From Tetramitus jugosus (lineage: Eukaryota > Protista > Heterolobosea), in assembly GCA_937625935.1 (NCBI GenBank), contig OW569352.1, positions 548,712 to 612,711 on the forward strand: DNA of 64,000 bases, in the 5' to 3' direction. Within the stretch, counting starts at the first letter, position 1. Each line of letters begins with the position of its first letter. The notes beneath the pieces were generated by a model. It saw only the letters and a program-made list of their open reading frames with translations, had not been told where the DNA came from and searched no databases. Positions 34,480-44,785 of this stretch are shown here, piece after piece. Made by a program: the position numbers and the translations under genes.

Positions 34480-35097
34480 CATTGCGCAAGAAATGAATTT
34501 CTTCGTCGGCGAATAGGACTCTTTCGAATGGAAAACCTATTCGTTTGGTTTTGTGCTTCGAGCGAGAGCAGTTGCTGCAAGCAAAAGTATTTTTACTGTC
34601 GATCGACGAAGTCAATTAGAAGATTATCTCGGATCTAAACCTTGAAGAAATAATCTGGAGTTATTGTTAGGCAAATCAGCTTATTACAATACAGTCTATT
34701 CCACTACAGCATATTCTTAGTTGTGTTCCTCTGAGGAAAAATATGCTATTTAACAAACAGAAGCAGAATGAACATCAAAGTAATGAATCCACAGTACAAA
34801 GCATGGTCTCAGGTTACTTTTGGAAATGGTTATTCCAAGTAAAGTGCTCATACTGGTTGGTATACAAAGGATCAGATGAAACAGTTGTTGAAAAGATAAA
34901 CTGAGAAGAAAACTTAGATTATCCATAAATCTTTACTTTCTTTCCAATAACAGGTGTTTCAATCATTGTAGCACTTCTGTTCACAGTAACACTCAAACAT
35001 AAAACAAATGAACTAAATAACATGTAAAAGATCATTAGTTGGACATTTTTCCAATACATTGCGCAAGAAATTTCTTCGTCGGCGAATAGGACTCTTT
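34480..35097 (+). repeat. Pair of ~41-45 bp direct repeats (34480-34524 and 35057-35097) in the divergent HPRT-ABHD13 intergenic region
   Basis: CATTGCGCAAGAAA(TGAA)TTTCTTCGTCGGCGAATAGGACTCTTT; the copies are identical except for a 4-nt indel. Confidence 0.9.
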
Positions 35098-35307
35098 TAG
35101 TTTCCATTCTATTTATCCGCATCACTTGAAAATCGGTTTGGTACCCAAAAACAAAAAAAAACACACAAGAAGCTCACTTGCCGTCACCACAATTCTGACT
35201 TTCCTCTCGGGGTACACACAAACACCACCACCGCCACCACCACCACCACACCACGAAACAATAATAAGACAATACGCACTCATAATAATAATAATTGAAA
35301 CCCCTGC

Positions 35308-36874
35308 ATGTTTATTACCGAATTTTTATCAAACAACTACCTGTATATAATTGCAGCCATACCCATCTGCCTCGCCACACTTGCATACTACAATCAAAAT
35401 CTGTTACTGTACTGTAACTACCTGCCAAAGAATTCGCAGGGCACATACACCTATCTACCATCACGATACAATTTGCCATTTGAGGATGTGTACCTAACTA
35501 CGAGAGACAATGTAAGGTATGTGTCAGTGATATATGACGATCTTCTTCTATTGTTGTTTATTGTGTGTTGTGTTGTGAAAATTTGTAGTTTGTGTCTGTT
35601 TCTCTCAAAAACAAAATTGTAGATTTCATCATCAGACGAAAAAGCTCACACTTTTTATCAACCATTTTTCCATTTCAATTTTTCAAATGTACACACGCAC
35701 ACGTTCACAGAATACATGCATGGTTCATTCGATATCGACATGCCAAGGGATATGACTTGATGGAGGCTTATGTGAACACTCCAACAATCATTTATTTTCA
35801 TGGAAATGCAGGAAACATTTCTCATCGCTTACACACTGTAAAAGATCTATACAAACATGTCAAGTGCAATATTTTATTGGTTAGCTATCGTGGTTATGGT
35901 CAGAGTGAGGGCAGTCCATCAGAACACGGATTGATTTGTGATGCTGAAGCTGCACTCAACTTTATCTATGAGAGAAAAGATATTAATCATGATAAGGTGT
36001 TTGTGTTTGGTAGATCACTGGGTGGTGCAGTGGCATTGAGATTGGCGACACTACATTCTAACAAGGTATGAATCCACATGGAGATTATTTTTTTGTTGTT
36101 TTGAGCTTGTGTGTCATGTGAATACTCACACACGTGTGAAACTTTGTTTTTTTGTGTGTGTGTGTCATTAATTGATTGATTGTATTGATTGAACAAATGA
36201 TTTAGATTAAGGGCGTTATTGTTGAAAATACGTTTACAAGTGTGCCTGATATGATTGATGTCGTGTTGCCCTATCTCAAATATTTCAAGTTTTTGAGCAG
36301 AAACAAGTGGAGAAACATTGATCGCATCAAGGAATTGAAATCCAATTTCCCCATCATGTTCGTGTCCGGTATGCAAGATGAGCTCGTTCCACCACACATG
36401 ATGCAAACACTGATTGACAATTGTTCATCAAACGATAAGACTGTTGTTCGGTTCGAAGATGGAACTCACAATAACACTTGGATGTGCCTTGGTTACTATC
36501 GAGCCATTGCCAAGTTTATTTATCGAGAGAATGTTCGACCATCGAGACCTAGATCACGCTCCAGAAGAGATTCACTCACCATTTTACCACCGTCATCATC
36601 ATTGTCATCATCACCACTGTCCTCACCTGTGCGCAGAGACAGAAGCTCCAGTGATCCATTTGCTCGTCTTGTCAATAGCAACAACAAGAGCAACAATGGC
36701 TCTCCAGTGCTCGTTGATGACATGAATACCAAGGAAGAAGAAATGAGCATGTTGCAACAGCGACGCAACAGAGTTACTGCCAGGTCTCCAATCTCTCCAG
36801 CTGCCAAGAACCCAGTGCCTAGATTCTCTGACAATATGGACCTTATCATGACAACAAAGGACGTTGACGAATAA
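35308..36874 (+). CDS. ABHD13: Alpha/beta hydrolase ABHD13/Bem46 (introns 35517-35710, 36066-36205)
   Basis: YFHGNAGNI, YRGYGQSEGSPSE, nucleophile GRSLGG, ENTFTS, QDELVP and GTHN. Both GTATG..AG introns keep the frame. Confidence 0.93.
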
Positions 36875-37148
36875 GGAGACATGACAACAAGGTGAGTGTG
36901 CATCTTTTCATGCACATTTCTCAATGATTGAAAAAACACCATCCCTCTCCTCCTGGGATTCGCTGATTGGATTCTCGTGTGGTGGATATCCCCCTACTTG
37001 CTTTTCTGAACCCAAGGACTATCGGTGAAAATTGAACACGAATTTCAAGTTACTCCGAAGTCTCAACAACAAACATCCACACAACAACAACAAACAAAAA
37101 CAACAGTTTCAGTTCTGCTTTGTTTTATTGCAACAACTAGTAAACAAC

Positions 37149-37763
37149 ATGGCCATCTCCAACAAATGGAAGCATAAACTATCCAATTGCTGCAAACATA
37201 CCAGCTACTTCTCATTGTTCATGATTTTCTCATTCCTCACCATTGCTCTCATCAGTGTCACTACATTTTTCCTCATTGTGTTGGACAATAGTTTGGGCAA
37301 TGAACCGCGAGTGTCTGCCGATGGATACCAGAACAATGAATTCTATCGAATTATGAGAAAGGCGAGTTGCACTGTGCAAGACCCGTGCAAAAAGGACAGC
37401 AAGGACAATTGTGTTGCATCGCTACAGTTCACTGGTTATAGCGGTGTGCAGATAGTGGACACTTATCGATCATTCTCAAGCAAATCACCTTTTGCAGCCT
37501 ACACAAAGAATGACAAGGTTGATTGCTACGTTGATCCATATAATGAGAAGCTGGCAAACTATGAACCGATTACCAATGCTGACCCCAGATTCCTCACCAT
37601 TACTCTGGGACTCATTGGTGGAAGTGTAGGATTGATTCTCATCACACTCGCCTTGTCATTAGCCGTCACATGCGCCTGTGCAAGAAGAAAGAGCAAGTTC
37701 ACAGATGATGACTTGGATCGATTGATGGCACACGTGAACCAGGATGACATGGGACCACTGTAA
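37149..37763 (+). CDS. Two-TM protein with Cys-containing luminal loop
   Basis: Two hydrophobic helices flank a loop with 4 Cys; first ATG at 37149. Confidence 0.65.
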   Translation: MAISNKWKHKLSNCCKHTSYFSLFMIFSFLTIALISVTTFFLIVLDNSLGNEPRVSADGYQNNEFYRIMRKASCTVQDPCKKDSKDNCVASLQFTGYSGVQIVDTYRSFSSKSPFAAYTKNDKVDCYVDPYNEKLANYEPITNADPRFLTITLGLIGGSVGLILITLALSLAVTCACARRKSKFTDDDLDRLMAHVNQDDMGPL

Positions 37764-37816
37764 GATAAACTTCACGCCAATTAAAATAGTAATTGCAATA
37801 GAATGTTGTTTTGATT

Positions 37817-39841
37817 TTATGCCGAGTCGAATATGCCCATGTCTTTCTCGCAGATGATATCTCGAATGCCCTGCTCAGATTTTAGAGCCAATTGAACCAA
37901 AAGATCAATCTTGTGTTTGTTGCTTCTGATTTGTGCCTGAAGATCCGAAGACCGAGATGCAGTCAACACTTTGAACAACTCTTCAATCTCCAAAGCCATT
38001 GATTCCAAGTGCGAGTCGAGCTGATCGAGCACGTTATGGAATAGCCCTCGGTATATTTCCAGATTCTTCTTTTTTCTTTCTGCTTCGCGTTTTACTTGTC
38101 GCTCTATCCGAACAATCATTCTTCGTTGATGTTTCACATTCTTCTTGAGAGCTTTTGTCTCCTTGTTTACAGTAAGTTGATTGGCTAGGGTGAATTGGAG
38201 AATTTTGGCTCTCAGATTATTGAGTTGGTAGTGTTCCAGGTCAAACTCGTAAAACGCAAACACACAACAATTGATCAGATATTGTCTCAGTGAAATAAGT
38301 GTAGAGAACAGCTTAGTGATCCATCCATTCAGCTCTGAGTCATCAACCAAGTATTGTAGTCGTCTTGAATGAATCGCATTCTCTCTTTCCTCATCGATCC
38401 AATCTCGATGTTTTGAATACCGGTTGACGTACGCAAAATATATGCCAATCTTTTCCATCTCTTGTTCAAGGTGCAACACTCCCTGTTTCAATTTGTGTTC
38501 TTCACTAATGAACTTTAGCCTATCTCTGGCGCAGGATACATTTGTGTGACCAGAGAGAGGTCCCATACACTCCCAACAAAACTGATATCGACATGCGTAG
38601 CAATTCATATGAGCACAACCACTAATCTTGTCAATAGAAATCTTACATTTGGGGCACTTTCTTGCTTGAATTGTTAGATAGAACAGGGTTGCTCTATCTT
38701 CATGCAGCCTGTACTCCCAATTTTCAATCATTTCGCATGTGGCAGGCTCATGTGGTGTTCTACCACAATTAAAACACATTATCTTACCGCACTCACATGA
38801 TACATGAATCAAGTGATTTGTTGTTGTTGGGTCGTTAAGTTTTATGGCATGACCGCAGAACGGAACTGATGGACACCAGCGTAAATGAGTACTATCACTC
38901 ACGTATCCATCTGACCTCTTCTTCCTGTATCGCTTTAATAGCACTCTGTTGGATAGCGCAGAGTTTGCCGGCATATCTGCTGCCCCTCTTTTCAAAACAT
39001 AATAGATAAAGGACTGATTGAGTACGGATGCACACTTGGGATCAATACAAGGGATAAAAGAATCTGTTATACTGTCGTCGATCCTTGACTCTAGATATGA
39101 ATACCAGCAATGAGCACAGTACTGATGTTTGCATGATCCACTCTGTATTAGCTGCTTATCATCATCAAAGCAAACCATACATGTATCGCTTTCTGTTGTT
39201 TGAATCAATAGGCTCGTGTCCTTGTTTCGAAATTTGGACAGTGCATCACGTGGAACACCTGCCTTCTCCAATACATAACCTTCTCCACGATCCACAAACT
39301 CTGTAATTAGTTTCTCATTGTTCCACTGATATGCCTTCATCATATTATACACGATATCATAGAGTATATTTTTCCTGTAAAATGAATCTTGCTCATCCGT
39401 ATTGTTCAACTCCTCAGCAGACAATTGTAGTGTCTCCAGAATTTGATTCAATTGAGTCACCTGTTCTCTTAGCACTTGTTTCTCAGTCAAAACAATGTAG
39501 CTATCACGAGCAATATCATCGAGAGTGGATCCTCCTGTCAAATTCATCAATTCTCCAACACTTGTAGATAAGTCAATGAGATCAGAGGCATCTGACGCAT
39601 CCAATAGAATCTCTTCTTGTTCCTCAAAACCAGAACAATCTTCAATCTCTAGCTCGACTGCTTCTCCTTCCTCAGTTTCCTCATCATAATCATAGTCATA
39701 TTCATCACCAACATCACTCTCATAATCTTCGACTCCTTCTGCTTCTTCGTCATTGTCTCCCTCCTCGCCATATGATTCACCATCGTACTCAAGTTCATCA
39801 TTATACTCGTCATCAAGTTGGACTGCTTCCTCGTGCTCCAT
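37817..39841 (-). CDS. ARIH1: RBR E3 ubiquitin ligase, Ariadne family
   Basis: Acidic N-terminus; RING1 (CMVC..CKHQYC..C); IBR (WCPSVPFC..CFNC..HEPATC); RING2 (CPKC..GCAHMNC..FCWEC); helical Ariadne-like C-terminus. Confidence 0.9.
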   Translation of the reverse strand: MEHEEAVQLDDEYNDELEYDGESYGEEGDNDEEAEGVEDYESDVGDEYDYDYDEETEEGEAVELEIEDCSGFEEQEEILLDASDASDLIDLSTSVGELMNLTGGSTLDDIARDSYIVLTEKQVLREQVTQLNQILETLQLSAEELNNTDEQDSFYRKNILYDIVYNMMKAYQWNNEKLITEFVDRGEGYVLEKAGVPRDALSKFRNKDTSLLIQTTESDTCMVCFDDDKQLIQSGSCKHQYCAHCWYSYLESRIDDSITDSFIPCIDPKCASVLNQSFIYYVLKRGAADMPANSALSNRVLLKRYRKKRSDGYVSDSTHLRWCPSVPFCGHAIKLNDPTTTNHLIHVSCECGKIMCFNCGRTPHEPATCEMIENWEYRLHEDRATLFYLTIQARKCPKCKISIDKISGCAHMNCYACRYQFCWECMGPLSGHTNVSCARDRLKFISEEHKLKQGVLHLEQEMEKIGIYFAYVNRYSKHRDWIDEERENAIHSRRLQYLVDDSELNGWITKLFSTLISLRQYLINCCVFAFYEFDLEHYQLNNLRAKILQFTLANQLTVNKETKALKKNVKHQRRMIVRIERQVKREAERKKKNLEIYRGLFHNVLDQLDSHLESMALEIEELFKVLTASRSSDLQAQIRSNKHKIDLLVQLALKSEQGIRDIICEKDMGIFDSA

Positions 39842-39977
39842 ATCGTTGTGTTTGTTGTGATAGTCAGAACTGAGCCTGGATGAGTGTTTTTTGGTGTGTT
39901 TGTTACTTTGCCTGCTGGAACTTCCGATTGGAAGTTGAAAGATGCAAAAAAGCTGAGCGGTTCTCTACGGATCGTGT

Positions 39978-41594
39978 TTATTTGTTTCCTCGCTTTTTTC
40001 CCTTCTTGGGATTCTTTGTGGATGAGACATCATTGTGTTGTTGATTGGTCTGCTTCTTCTTTTTTGCCACCTTGCTACGTGCAGACTTCCGAGAGTTTGT
40101 CATTTCGTCACTGTCGCTCTCATATTTCAGCTCTGATATGCTGGATTGTGGTTTATCACTGACCTCCTCCCTTTCTATTTCGTCATCGTCAATGTCTTCG
40201 TTGCTGCTTTCCTTCACTGCTCTGTGTTTGTCCTTATTGTCACTTGTCGGCTCACCCATGAACACAATACTATACAAATCGCTACTCTCAAGAGATGAAC
40301 GAGCCCAAAAAGACTGCAATTCACCCATTAACCAAGCTTCAATATCTACGTCGGTCTCTTTGGGCAACTTTGATGTCAAATCTGCTAGAAAAATATGCAA
40401 GTGTTTGGAAAGAGCATTCAGGAATCTCAATGTCTTTTTGTTAGACCTGAACTCAGTAATCATCAATTTCTTCTCACTCTCCCAGAGCGAGCAGTACTGA
40501 TCTAGAATTTCGTTTTGATGTGCGTGCATCATGCCTGTTTCTTTGCATAGTTCTACAAACGGAGTAACGGCTTTAGATGATATCCGTATGAAGCGGTTAT
40601 ATGCATCTTGGCACTCCTGATGCACGTCTTTGTATGCTGGGAAGTAACTCAAAAACTCATCACCTTCATGAAATCGGACAACCTGCAACATTCTTCGCTT
40701 GTCAGTAATTTCAACAACCTTATCTGATCTCGTTGACATGTGAGATAGTGCAACGTATTGAGGTGATTTGACCTTTACACGATTGAAATTGGAGTCACAC
40801 ACGACATATCCTTCGCACTGTATAGGATTCAATGTTTTTGATGCACTCACAACTTCATCAATGTTCTTCATTGAAAAATAAGTGACACATTCCCATCCGT
40901 GATCCTGAGCGACCTGATCAGGATACTCCTCCTCTAGTGTCGTCATCTTGCGCACACCATGAAGAATGATACGCTCCGGTTGTTCATCGCTCGGTCTCAC
41001 AAGTATAATGTGTCTCTGTGTCACCATCTCAAACATGTAACACTTGCTGGTATCTTTTGGTAGTTGATACTTGAGCTTCTTGTGCCAAATGTCCCAAAAC
41101 AAATCAGAAAACTTCATTTTAGCAGAGTCAAGAAACCCATCGGCACTTGCTGCACCGGAACTGGACACCCACCATTGACCGTCATAGTAATAGAGCGTAC
41201 AGAGACTTCCATCCAATTTTTCATACACTCTGACTGGTTGATTCCAGTTTAGCTTTGCCGCAAATTTTTCATTGTAATTGAAAAACTTTTTGTAGGGATA
41301 AGCAACGACTGAATACTCATCATTATTCTTTCCTCCATTCTTACTAGTATTATTACTACTACCACTGTCGTTGTTATTCATTTCTAGAATAATGCCTCTG
41401 CATTCCTGGACAATCTGTGAGGACCATGGCGATTTGATTTGATCATACTTGAGAGAGAAGACAGACGAAGGATAGTAGCTGTGCTTCTTCATTTTCAAAC
41501 TATATCGATCGCACATTTTCTTGACAGTGTTTCCTCTTTGAGAGAGGAATTGAATCGTGTGCAACTGTTGGTGATGCGATTGTTGGTTACTCAT
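39978..41594 (-). CDS. T4 Rnl1-type ATP-dependent RNA ligase
   Basis: Nucleotidyltransferase motifs I (EKLDGSL), III (YMFEM), IIIa (LHGVR), IV (EGYVV) and V (RVKVKS); Rnl1-type ECRGIIL and YPYKKFFNY. Confidence 0.88.
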   Translation of the reverse strand: MSNQQSHHQQLHTIQFLSQRGNTVKKMCDRYSLKMKKHSYYPSSVFSLKYDQIKSPWSSQIVQECRGIILEMNNNDSGSSNNTSKNGGKNNDEYSVVAYPYKKFFNYNEKFAAKLNWNQPVRVYEKLDGSLCTLYYYDGQWWVSSSGAASADGFLDSAKMKFSDLFWDIWHKKLKYQLPKDTSKCYMFEMVTQRHIILVRPSDEQPERIILHGVRKMTTLEEEYPDQVAQDHGWECVTYFSMKNIDEVVSASKTLNPIQCEGYVVCDSNFNRVKVKSPQYVALSHMSTRSDKVVEITDKRRMLQVVRFHEGDEFLSYFPAYKDVHQECQDAYNRFIRISSKAVTPFVELCKETGMMHAHQNEILDQYCSLWESEKKLMITEFRSNKKTLRFLNALSKHLHIFLADLTSKLPKETDVDIEAWLMGELQSFWARSSLESSDLYSIVFMGEPTSDNKDKHRAVKESSNEDIDDDEIEREEVSDKPQSSISELKYESDSDEMTNSRKSARSKVAKKKKQTNQQHNDVSSTKNPKKGKKRGNK

Positions 41595-41801
41595 CACCTA
41601 TCTGTGTGTGTGGTGAGGTTTAATGTGAGTGTGTTTGTTGTTGTTTTCGTTGTGGACATGATGATCACACTCATGTTCTTGGGTTGATGTTGTTCTGTTC
41701 AGTTGCGAAGAACAATTTCGAATTGCGCGGTTCAAGCACTTGTTGGAAAACAATCTGGCGTAAAATTTTTCAGTTTCTTTTATTTCTCCCAAAGAGAACG
41801 A

Positions 41802-42785
41802 TTAGAGCAGTTCCAGTTGCTTCAATTGTTGTTGTATCACAACCAGTTGTGCATCACCTTCTTCCTTAGCAATCTTTTCGTGCTCAATTAGTTTTTTAAT
41901 TTCCTTCTCCTTCTTATAGAGAGCATATCCGAGCTCGAACCGTTTCTTCTCCTCTAGAGCCTCCTTGTACTTCTTTTTGTAGCTTGCAACATTGAGCTTA
42001 GCGTTTTTGAATGCCAGTTGTACCTTTGGTTCATGGATATAGCTGACATTATACTTCAACATTTCATCAGCAATAAAAGCAGCCTTCTCCATCACTTCGT
42101 CTCTCGTATAGACAAGTGTGTGCTCATCATTCTCTTGACTTGGTGATTCAATTCTCTTCAATTCTGCGGAACAATTCTTCAATAGATTCACAAATGTAGA
42201 CATGTTTGGCACAATAACTGATTGTGACTTAAGTTCATCATACAGCTCCAATGCCTTCTTCAATGAGTTTGTTGGCATATAGTCTTCAATGTCATCATTC
42301 ATCTTATATTGGTGGTGTGACAGAGAAAGAAGCATCACATTGTATGATGCAATATCCTTGATCACTCTACCACTATATCTGAACATTCCAAAAGCGTTCT
42401 TCAATTGACCACCACGATCGCCGACAACAAGCAAAAAGCGTCTAAAGTTTTCTCTGTCTGGGTGCACCTTTTGTTGCACCAAATTCTGGAACATTTGATA
42501 AGCTGGTTTCCAACGACGAGCAGTCTTGTACGATGTCAAAACTTGCTTCAAAAAAGTATTGTTCACATTTCTCTTTTCTTGGGAGAATAGTGTGTAAGCG
42601 CGTCTGGATTCCTTGTCCTTCTTCTCTTGGAATCTTAGGAATCGACGTTCACGCATAGACATGCATCTGAATTGAACGTTTTGGTTCAATGCACTCGTGG
42701 CAATCATAGCATTGTTGTTGATTATTGAGGATGATGCATGGACAACGCGATTGGTTGTTGTTGGTGGAAGCACAAAGCGAAGCAT
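41802..42785 (-). CDS. PPR-like mitochondrial protein
   Basis: Presequence MLRFVL..; PPR-like AYQMFQNLVQQKVHPD and ALELYDELKSQSVIVPNMSTFVNLLKNC. Confidence 0.75.
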   Translation of the reverse strand: MLRFVLPPTTTNRVVHASSSIINNNAMIATSALNQNVQFRCMSMRERRFLRFQEKKDKESRRAYTLFSQEKRNVNNTFLKQVLTSYKTARRWKPAYQMFQNLVQQKVHPDRENFRRFLLVVGDRGGQLKNAFGMFRYSGRVIKDIASYNVMLLSLSHHQYKMNDDIEDYMPTNSLKKALELYDELKSQSVIVPNMSTFVNLLKNCSAELKRIESPSQENDEHTLVYTRDEVMEKAAFIADEMLKYNVSYIHEPKVQLAFKNAKLNVASYKKKYKEALEEKKRFELGYALYKKEKEIKKLIEHEKIAKEEGDAQLVVIQQQLKQLELL

Positions 42786-43049
42786 TTTTTTCGTTTAGAG
42801 ATAAATGGAAAGGGACGTGTGATTGTGGTCGAAAAATGCACCCGATTCTCTTCCTGTGTGTAATGGATGATTGTTTTGTGTTGTGTTTTGGTGGCGCAAA
42901 AAAATTTCTCCCTTACAAGAATGAAAGTTCAATTGGTCAACTTGTGCGTGAAAATTTTGGTCGGAACATCCTTGCATGACCTTTTGCCAAAACAAAGATC
43001 AAGTATATTCACCCTGATTCACCATACGCACCATAGTTTGAATTATATC

Positions 43050-44129
43050 ATGGAGGGATCATCATCTACGTCAAACACAAGTCCAAATATCAACCAAAAC
43101 AAACGATTCATTCGTGACTTACCTCGTTCGTACTATGTGTATGAATGGATGGACTATACTGCATATGCTTGCTTATCAGGTGTATTGTTTGGTGTCTCAA
43201 AGGGACTGAGAGCAATGCGCAAGGTGAATATCACAACTGAAAAAATTGATGTTCTGAGAACGAAAATTTATAAGAAACCTGCGCTGTCTGAAACTGTGAC
43301 AATGAATGAAGCGTCTGCTAAACGGACGAGACCCCTTGAGAAAAAGCACATTATCACAGCTGGTGCTCTTCAGAATGGAGTGCGTTATGGCGTGAATTCT
43401 GCTCTCTTTGTTAGCACTTTTTGTGCTGTGGACGGATTTTTGAGAAGCAACACTGTGTTCAATGACAATTCATTGTTGAAGAAGATTAATGAACCGTTGA
43501 ATCGATCTTTGATCCCAGATGAAATATTTAATAGAATGACTGTGCCTACGACCACCACTAATGAATTCCCAGGAGAGGAACAACAGCAACAAGAAGATGC
43601 ATTGTCAACAGCGAATGAGATGAACAATGATCAACAAATATCACCGAATTCACCTGCTTTATTACGATTCGATCAACGGTTTCTCACTTCACACAATGTA
43701 GTGCACAAGATGATTGCGGGTACTGTATCGGGCACATGTTTGGGCGCATTGGCAGGATTATCAGTATCTGGAGGTGTACTTGGAATGATACTCTATGGGT
43801 CAATGATTGGTCTGGGTATTGGAGCATGTGCTTCTCCCGTGCTCATACCCATTCAAAATCTTTTTACCTATCATCAATTGAAGCGATACATGAAGAAGCA
43901 AGTACCTGTGATTGAGAAGGAAGAGGAAAAGGAAGCGATTGAGACTGGAGTGATCGAACATAGCATGAGAGACATGGTGTCTGATGAATCTATTTTCCTG
44001 AATGAGCTCGATCGCGTCAAGAGCAAGTTGGATCTAGTGATTGCAGAGACTGAAGAATTGCGTAATCAACAGAACCGAAGAGAGGAAGCCAATGATGGAT
44101 CAACTCGTCAAGTTTCTGATGATAAATAA
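43050..44129 (+). CDS. Tim17/Tim22/Tim23-like membrane protein
   Basis: Gly-rich TM segments (NVVHKMIAGTVSGTCLGALAG; GMILYGSMIGLGIG; SALFVSTFCAVD); first strong ATG at 43050. Confidence 0.55.
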   Translation: MEGSSSTSNTSPNINQNKRFIRDLPRSYYVYEWMDYTAYACLSGVLFGVSKGLRAMRKVNITTEKIDVLRTKIYKKPALSETVTMNEASAKRTRPLEKKHIITAGALQNGVRYGVNSALFVSTFCAVDGFLRSNTVFNDNSLLKKINEPLNRSLIPDEIFNRMTVPTTTTNEFPGEEQQQQEDALSTANEMNNDQQISPNSPALLRFDQRFLTSHNVVHKMIAGTVSGTCLGALAGLSVSGGVLGMILYGSMIGLGIGACASPVLIPIQNLFTYHQLKRYMKKQVPVIEKEEEKEAIETGVIEHSMRDMVSDESIFLNELDRVKSKLDLVIAETEELRNQQNRREEANDGSTRQVSDDK

Positions 44130-44177
44130 TGGTGTATCATATGATGAGATACTTGGACAGTCGTAGTATATTATTTA

Positions 44178-44763
44178 TTATTCTGATGGCACAATTGAGC
44201 CAATGACATCTAATCGATAGATTGTGATTCTACCATAGAAGTCTGTACTGTCTAAAAACACAATTTTTAGTTCGGTTATGGGATTGCTGCTGTCTGATGT
44301 AAGATCAAATTTCTACACAATGCACGAATAGGAAACAATGTACATATACATATGGATTCGTTAGATTATTCTTGTGTCACACAATGATTCTTATATTTGG
44401 GAGAGTTGTTCGAACAAGGCACGGCACACCGCACACAACAAGAATAAAACGACATACCTGCATGGTGTTCTTGTCCTCTGGATAGAATGATTTGAGCAGT
44501 GTTAGGTTGTCTTGACCACACGTTCTGACCCAAAATTCGCAATTCTTCCCCGTAAATCCACCCTGGAACATGATTTGAACATTGTTGAGAATGGATGCCT
44601 CTTTGAATTCCATGGAGATGCTCTGTGGACTGCCCTGATGACTGTTCCAGCATGTCTCATCATTGCCATCAATCATGAAATCCTTACCAAACTCTCTCGT
44701 GTTCTTGTTGAGTGTTGAACTGACCCGCAATCTCTTGAGATTGTTCTGTGTGAGTGATTGCAT
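44178..44763 (-). CDS. NR2C2AP: Nuclear receptor 2C2-associated protein (TRA16) (intron 44313-44457)
   Basis: RVSSTLNKNTREFGKDFMIDGNDETCWNSHQG, FQGGF and FYPED; the second exon reads ..STDFYGRITIYRLDV. Confidence 0.9.
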
Positions 44764-44785
44764 TGCTTCTCGTCTATGTTTTGTT

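Noticed and set aside
34650-34720. GKSA..ITIQ Ras-like pseudogene fragment
   Set aside because: It needs a frameshift within 8 residues, and no G3/G4 motifs were found.
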